Origin: Utricularia gibba
Lineage: Eukaryota; Plantae; Magnoliophyta
Assembly: GCA_002189035.1 (NCBI GenBank)
Contig: CM007989.1
Location: forward strand, 8,246,001-8,310,000
Direction of reading: 5' to 3'
DNA: 64,000 nt
Part shown: positions 57,152 through 64,000 of the stretch, one piece after another
How the letters are laid out: every line of letters begins with the position of its first letter
Position numbering within the stretch: position 1 is the stretch's first letter
Made by a program: the position numbers and the translations under genes
The notes under the pieces: model-generated
Databases searched by the model: none
Seen by the model: only the letters and a program-made list of their open reading frames with translations
Told to the model about the DNA's origin: nothing

Positions 57152-57871
57152 GATTGTGTAAAGTTCCGCGAACGAGAACAGCACAGCCTGCAAGATAAAA
57201 TACTCAAATCAAGGATCCAGCCAACAAAACCGATTGATACAACATCCCAGTCTGTTCGCAATGTATAGCACCTTAAGATTCATTATGTCACTTCATAACA
57301 CATCATATTGCTGATCAAACAAACAGAGAATACGGGCATAGCTCGAATTCATCAAAAAGCAAAAAATTCTGCATTCTTGAAGGATTATCAAATTGGAAAT
57401 TCAAGCGACACCTCAGGCTGCCAACATCAGGTGCAACGGAGGCCGCGAAACCACGGCATCCAGCCGAAGCAATCCCAGGAGCACAGTCAAATGAACAAGT
57501 GCAAATTCAACAAAACCGCTTCCTTCAAAATTAAATTCCAAACCCTAAAATTAAATTTTAAAAAAAACGAACGCAAATCTCAACCAAATTTGATTCAATA
57601 TGCAAGATGATGAATACCAAAAATAGCATGTTCTTTTATAAATTAAATTATTTAAATGAATTTTAACTCTTTGTCAGCAGTTATAAACGACACCGTCTTG
57701 TGTATATTAAAATTAATATTAATGAGGAAAAAGGGGATGTTTCCCCCACGATAGACGACCGCTGCCTGAGTAGCAGTCTTAGGGAGGGTCTTCCCCTCCC
57801 CTTAAATTCAGCTGCTTCGAATCCCACGTCTGTTTTCCGTTTTCCGACTCTGCTATTGCTCCTTCTTCGAC

Positions 57872-58141
57872 ATGCGGACATGGGGTTCTGCCAGCTGGTG
57901 CTGCCCGCCGCCGCTGCTTCTCACCAAACCCGTCGACGAACACTATGACGCGGCTCCGAAGACGCCGACCGCGGGTGAGTCGAGGATACCCCATATCCTG
58001 CCGTGTCCTCCGCCGCCGAAGAAGCGGCGAGTGACGTTCTCCGCTACGTGCCGTGCGGATAACCTGGAATTTTTTCACCTGCCGGAGGACCTCGAATCTA
58101 TCTTCTTCTGCCGCTCAACTGCTAGGCTCGGTTCCGGCTGA
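57872..58141 (+). CDS. SIAMESE-RELATED (SMR) CDK inhibitor; start codon uncertain
   Basis: PKTP, RIPHILPCPPPPKK and FFHLPEDLESIF match SMR motifs; intronless, 89 aa. Confidence 0.8.
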   Translation: MRTWGSASWCCPPPLLLTKPVDEHYDAAPKTPTAGESRIPHILPCPPPPKKRRVTFSATCRADNLEFFHLPEDLESIFFCRSTARLGSG

Positions 58142-59652
58142 AGACAGGTGTTCCTGTGACTGTTGTTGTTGTAGTAATCACGTCCTAATGGGGTTTTCTT
58201 CTTAAGCATGTAGATTAGTTTAAGTAACTGCGTTGTACACCAAGGGAAACCCGTACTTTACCCATTTCTCCATCTTTACGACAACAACGTAACTGTCTTT
58301 TGAGATGAGTTCAACGAAAAAAAATAACAGGAAGAAGGTGAGAGTTTGAAGTTGGGTGTTAAAGAGTCAGAAGTGTGTCTGTGACTCGGCCAGCATGAAG
58401 AGAGTAACCGTGCGAAGTGCATTAACAGAAAGCAGTTAAAACCCAAGTGACTCGCAGTAAAAAAAGCCTTTTTTATCTCATCTTCAAGATCACTTTCCAT
58501 CCATGATCTTTCGTTTTTGACCAATGGGTATTGAGTTTTACCAACCTTCGCTCTCCCTTTTTGTTAAAACTAATCCTGTCACTTACCAAATGCAGGTTTC
58601 ACCTCTGCATACTCTAATAATTCACATCATCACTCTAAGTATACGCAAAAATGGACTGTGAAATATTAAGATAAGTTGTAACAAAGGCAAACCCGTGGTG
58701 GGGGGCGGGGGAGTTGGTCGGTGAAACAGTGAAGGAACGTGAATTGGTTCGTGGTTTGAAGAAATGCAAGAGTTCTGTTCCTGGGCCTGTGAAGTGTCTG
58801 AGCAGAGTGCCTCGTAATTTGGTTCACCGGGTGGCAGCCACACGGGCAATAGCATAAAGGGGAATCCAATGTGGAGTTCTTTATCATAGCTCAGAGTTCA
58901 TGCATAAACATCCAGCACAACACTTGCAATTACTAGAAACTGCGTTCACATACTAAAACATGGAGGGAGACAGAGAGCCCAACGAGGGAGATGAATTATG
59001 CAGATGAAGGTGTAAAAGTAGCGTCGTTCCACGCCCTGGTGACTCCGTCCAATCCCAGAAATCACTGAGCCTATGGGTGCTGGAAGAAACATGAGAAGTG
59101 CCAACAATGCGTTGCGGATACTGGGCATAAAGGGAGCATCACTAGTGCTACAATCTCGCCGATCGCGAAGTTTAACAGTGGACGCCATGCACATCGGCAA
59201 ACGTGCATAACTCCGCCGCCCAGATTCAAACGACTGCCCGCCGGAGTTTTATATTCTACTCTTGCATAAAAAAAACTGACAAAATGTTGAAATGATCCCA
59301 AAAAAACCAACCTTGCCTTCAACAAATAGAGTAACACTGCTTTGATTCTTGCGGTTAATAATTTTTGTAATAAAGTAAAATACGGTCAATGTAAGAGCCC
59401 CATTTGCTGTTATTTACTTTTTTAAGGGAAACCGGTAAAAGTTAATGCAGAAGAATCACCGTAAGCAAATTGAATGGCGTTCTCTTCCCCTGTTCCGATT
59501 CTTCAAATGTGATCCTCAGGATACATTTTCCGCTTGGGTTCAGAACTTTCGTCCTCCCCACTTGTTCGCTCGATCCTGAGGCTGAATCCCTCATCTCCGT
59601 GTTTTGGAACTCCCAGATTGGTCTTCCACCTTCGCTTCAATTCCGCGTTTCG

Positions 59653-60114
59653 ATGACTTCTGTAAGTACCCAAAATGAAGCATTGTTTTCTTGATTCGTC
59701 ATTCGATTGCTGCCGTTTTTGAAAAAACAAGACGCGGTTTGAATTTCGATCGGCGGTGAAGATTTCTTCTTTGGTTAATCGAAATTTCAACTGTCTTTTT
59801 TTTGGGATCCGGCAGCAGGAAAAGGGCCGCCCGCTGCCCAAGTTCGGGGAATGGGACGTAAACAACCCGGCATCGGCAGATGGATTCACGGTGATATTCG
59901 CCAAGGCGAGGGACGATAAGAAATCCAAGGGCGCGGCTGGCGAAGGCGGCCCTCCGTCGAAGGATGGCGTTTCCCCGTCACAAGATCACCAGGATTCTCC
60001 CCCGAAGGTACCCTCAACTCCCTTCTCTACCCTCATCGGTAAAACTCTGCCGTGACGGTGATCATGTCGCAACCGTATACGTGCTTGCAGAAAAAATGGC
60101 TTTGCTTTTTCTAG
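59653..60114 (+). CDS. Small NOI / RIN4-like protein (AvrRpt2 cleavage-site family), 3 exons
   Basis: Exons 59653-59661, 59816-60007, 60091-60114: MTS-QEKGRPLPKFGEWDVNNPASADGFTVIFAKARDDKK...KKWLCFF with C-terminal Cys. Confidence 0.9.
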
Positions 60115-60603
60115 GGCACCGCGGGTGGCAAATGTGGAAATAGAGAACAAAAATCAAATGCCTAATGGCTCTCCTGTGCTGACTCCTCATTTTCTAAAAA
60201 TAAATCAAACATTTCTTTTGCATCACACTCAACCGTCGTCCATGGAATCACCGCCGTGATTTTCCGTTTCATCTCAGGTAAAAAAGGATCAAGTAGTTAA
60301 AAAGGTAAATTTGTGTGTCAGCCTCAGGAGGTAGGGATTCATTCCCTCCTTCAGTATCAGAGACTTTTGTCTCACTCTCAGACGTGTGAACAATGGACCC
60401 AACCCTCCAAAAGTCTCGCCTTCACCACCATAACTCCTCCGCAGTCATAGGGCAATGGCCAGCCATATCCGCAGCAACCTGCGGCGGAGTCAAAGCTTAG
60501 GACTTTCTTTCCTCTAGGCTTGATTTCGGAAGCTTTGTGTTATCCCAATGGAGAACACTGTATATATATCCTCAACTGGTTTTTTCTTCCTCTTGCATCT
60601 GAG

Positions 60604-62080
60604 ATGAGCATGATTCTCCCGGTCTCTCCTTCGCTCTGCCGCCTGTTCTTCTTCTGGGTTCCACTGGCTTCCTCGATGCTGCTGGTGTCATCTTCCTTGC
60701 TTGCAGACCCTCAGTCTATGGCGGGGCGGTGAGTTGTCTATTCTTGCATGTCGAAGGGTAAAATCAAGCAGTAGGGATGGGTAGTATGATAGCGTCAACA
60801 GATTGTTGAGAAATTGAATGCTGAGTTGCCTGAATTTAGGGATGATTGGAATGGGAGTAGAAGAAATTTAGGATACAGATACCGTTCCTGCTACACCGGC
60901 AACGCCATCGACGACTGTTGGCGCTGTGATCCCAACTGGGAATCCAACCGCCGCCGTCTCGCGGACTGCGCCGTCGGTTTCGGCAAGAATGCCGTAGGTG
61001 GCCGAGATGGTGGCCTCTACGTCGTTACCGACCCCTCCGACGATGATCCGGTGAACCCACGACAGGGAACTCTCCGCCATGCTGTCATCCAGGACAAACC
61101 CCTATGGATTATCTTCAAGAAGGACATGACCATACGCCTGAAACAACAGCTCCTAGTCGGCTCTTTCAAAACCATCGACGGCCGTGGCGCGAACGTCCAC
61201 ATCGGCGCCGGCAGCCCCTGCATCACCATCCACTACGCGAGGAATGTGATCATCCATGGAATCCACATCCACGACTGCGTCAGCGCGGGAAACACCATCA
61301 TCAGGGATTCCCCTGCCCATGCCGGGATGTGGAGAATGTCGGACGGGGACGGTAAACTTCGACCGTGTTAACCTTTTCTCAAAACACTAAATCATGGATC
61401 TGGTTTTTGAATAGGTATCGGCATTTTCGGTGGGAAGAACATATGGATCGATCACTGCTCCCTGTCAAGCTGCCAAGATGGACTGATAGACGCCATCCAT
61501 GGATCTACAGACATCACAATTTCCAACAGTTACTTCACTCACCACGACAAGGTGATGCTGCTGGGACACAGCGACGACTACCTTCAAGACAAGAACATGC
61601 GTGTCACCATTGCCTTCAACCATTTCGGAGAGGGGTTGGTGCAAAGGATGCCCAGATGCAGACACGGCGTCTTCCATGTCGTGAACAACGACTACACCCA
61701 CTGGGAAATGTACGCCATCGGTGGAAGCGCGTCGCCGACAATATACAGCCAGGGGAACCGCTTTCTTGCTCCTAACACTCGATTTGACAAAGAGGTATGC
61801 AGTGCTAATCCGATGCAGTTTATAAGGTTTCTCTAATGGGTTTTTATGGAACTCGAAGGTGACGAAGCACGAGAACGCGCCGGAGAGCGAGTGGATGCGG
61901 TGGGATTGGAGATCGGAGGGTGACTTGATGCTCAACGGCGCTTATTTCCGGCAGTCAGGGGTGGCGATGGGGTCCCCTTACTCGAGGGCATCTAGCGTAA
62001 GTGCTCGGCCTTGTTCGTTGGTCGCCTCCATCACCTCCGACGCCGGCGTACTCAACTGTCTTAAGGGCTCACCCTGCTAA
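60604..62080 (+). CDS. Pectate lyase (PL1/PLL), 4 exons
   Basis: Signal-peptide exon, [87 protein letters not shown]. Confidence 0.93.
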
Positions 62081-62275
62081 AGCCTTGCAAAGCCGATAAG
62101 TAAAAAAAAGATGTAATTTTGAAGTTTGGGGTAACAATGTTGTCTCAATGACTGCAAATTCTGCCTACAACATAAGGAAAAGTGCACTGGTTTTTGACAA
62201 TTTTGGTGCCTAAAATGCAGAATATGTCTCAGTCACAGAAAGCAATCAGCAGTAGCTGCCTGCACGGCTCTGGGA

Positions 62276-63394
62276 TTAAAAGGCACACTGCCCTGCTCGA
62301 ATTGGTATCTCCATGAGAGCCTCTGGGTGAAACTTCATGATCTCATCCATAATCCTACCCCGGAGTTCTTTCTCTCCGATGCAGTCATTGACATCTACGA
62401 GCATTCTGTCCATTGCCGGACGAAAATAAGCGTTTTTGAAGCCTTTGTGGAAGTAAGGATGCTGAAGAGCCGCCTCGGCCGTAATCCTTTTTGATGGATT
62501 CAGAGCAAGCAAATTAGATAAGAGATCAATCGCCAGTGGGTCAGCTTCCGGGAACAGAGAAGCAAATCTGGCTTCCTCTGCATGACTGGCTGATTTCACG
62601 AGCATCAGCACCTCAGGGTGGTCTATGAAATAATCCGTCTTGGATTCGAAGCCGATGGTTTCCAGTATGAGTTCCAGTTGATGTCTTGTGTTTTTTCCTG
62701 GGAAAAGCGGCCTTCTACCGAGAAGCTCTCCGAATATGCACCCTGCTGACCAGACATCAATGGCGGCATTGTAGTTCCGGCAGCTAAGCAGAAGCTCCGG
62801 CGCCCGATACCTCCTTGTTACAACATAATCTGTCTTCAACACCCCTGTCCCAGACGCAGTTATCGCCTGCCCCATATCACCGATTTTCAGATGACAATTG
62901 CTGTTGATGAATATGTTCGCCGGCTTCAAGTCCCTGTGAAGAACATTGGCAGAGTGCAGATACGCCAAGCCACTCAGTATCTGATACATGATGCATTCAC
63001 AGTGGGCTTCGCGCAGCTGGAGAGGGGACCGGATGATGCTATCGAGATCGGTGTCCATCAGCTCGTAGACCATATAAACATCATTGAAATCTGCCGGGCT
63101 CCCCGGAATCATCACTTCCTTCAGCGATATCAGATTCACGTGACTCAGATTCCTCAACAAGATGATCTCCCTTACAATCTGGGCAGCATCCTCCGGACAT
63201 TCGAACACGCCGGCAATCTTCTTGATAGCCACCTTTTCTCCGGTTTCTTGGTTGATGAATGAAGCCACCACCCCGAATGATCCTTGGCCGATTATCTTCA
63301 ACGGAGCGTATTTGGCGTCGACTTCGAAAGATGGCCCGTTTTTGTGCGTGTACACCTTCTTCATCGGCACCACGTAGTACTGGTCCATCTCCAT
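62276..63394 (-). CDS. Intronless atypical MAP kinase (TDY activation loop)
   Basis: IGQGSFGVV, VAIKKI, REIILL, VYELMDTDL, LHRDLKPANI, GDMG, KTDYVVTRRYRAPELLL, IDVWSAGCIFGELLGRRPLFPG. First ATG at 63394. Confidence 0.88.
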   Translation of the reverse strand: MEMDQYYVVPMKKVYTHKNGPSFEVDAKYAPLKIIGQGSFGVVASFINQETGEKVAIKKIAGVFECPEDAAQIVREIILLRNLSHVNLISLKEVMIPGSPADFNDVYMVYELMDTDLDSIIRSPLQLREAHCECIMYQILSGLAYLHSANVLHRDLKPANIFINSNCHLKIGDMGQAITASGTGVLKTDYVVTRRYRAPELLLSCRNYNAAIDVWSAGCIFGELLGRRPLFPGKNTRHQLELILETIGFESKTDYFIDHPEVLMLVKSASHAEEARFASLFPEADPLAIDLLSNLLALNPSKRITAEAALQHPYFHKGFKNAYFRPAMDRMLVDVNDCIGEKELRGRIMDEIMKFHPEALMEIPIRAGQCAF

Positions 63395-63784
63395 CTCGAT
63401 GTCTGCTCTGCTCTGATGAAGAAGAAGAATAAGAAGAAGATTGAGAGCGACGATCCAAAAATATGATGGTGGCGTTAGGGAATTATGGGAACTAAATAAT
63501 TCCTTAATAAGCGCATCAGGTAAGATTACAGATACGAAAGGGATTTTTTTTGGGAGTTCTGCTTGGATTCTTAAATACTTTCTATCCAATCAAAAAAGGC
63601 CACGTTATATATTTGCAGATGCACCTCGCCGCACTGGAATATTTCTGTTAGAGTGCGAATCTCGTTCCCGCCCAATTACTGTTACGTCAATTTACAAAAG
63701 TACCCATGAAAATCCTTCGTCTGATTTTCGAGTCGCTGCCAGCCGTCGGATCACAAGCCAGAGTAAGAGGCTATCCGTTGAACA

Positions 63785-63830
63785 GAAACCCTAGCCTCTG
63801 TCTCAGCTAACTGCCGCAAAGTAAGAAATT
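63785..63830 (+). promoter_or_regulatory. Probable 5' UTR exon and first donor of a gene running off the window
   Basis: Telo-box AAACCCTA followed by AAA|GTAAGA donor consensus; no coding sequence recognised. Confidence 0.3.
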
Positions 63831-64000
63831 TCAAATGTTTGAAAAAGGACGATGGAACGCAGCCTCCGAAGGGGATGACCGTTTGTTCATCTTTCCGGAA
63901 TCCTACGTGCGGTTCCAATTCTGAAAATTTACTGCGGTTTTTATGTGGATGAGAATTTGGGAGGGATTCGAGTGCCCGAAAGCTTATTCGTCTAGGATTT

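Noticed and set aside
58960-59000. miR477-like ATCTCCCTC on the minus strand
   Set aside because: Only the first nine bases match.
63395-63589. Hydrophobic N-terminal extension of the MAPK suggesting a membrane anchor
   Set aside because: It depends on a TTG start, and the Leu run comes from a (CTT)n 5' UTR microsatellite.

Overview
Eukaryotic, flowering-plant (eudicot-like) nuclear DNA from a very compact genome: about 22 protein-coding loci in 64 kb, most introns 60-300 nt, some intergenic gaps only 100-300 nt. No prokaryotic features or CRISPR. In order: DTX50-like MATE, threonyl-tRNA synthetase, CFIm25, a candidate C/D snoRNA, TRA2/SR45a-like RRM, AKRP, NIP-like RING-H2, a multi-TM protein with an in-frame TGA, U-box/ARM ligase, AHL, CDC5, ARP5, actin, a deleted Ty1/copia relic, strictosidine-synthase-like, Tourist-like MITE, proline-rich GASA, RNase H1, EMB506, DRM2, SMR, NOI, pectate lyase and an intronless atypical MAPK. 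Four conserved genes each lack exactly one base in a G/C homopolymer, which points to systematic assembly error. The best leads are the divergent intronless MAPK (TDY loop, DMG for DFG, no CD site), the GASA gene split by a 14-nt repeat deletion, the nonsense codon in the TM gene, two GC-AG introns in one gene, the snoRNA candidate, and linkage of the interacting pair AKRP/EMB506. I found no unambiguous wholly new system. Exon coordinates were read by hand and family assignments are from recalled motifs, not searches.
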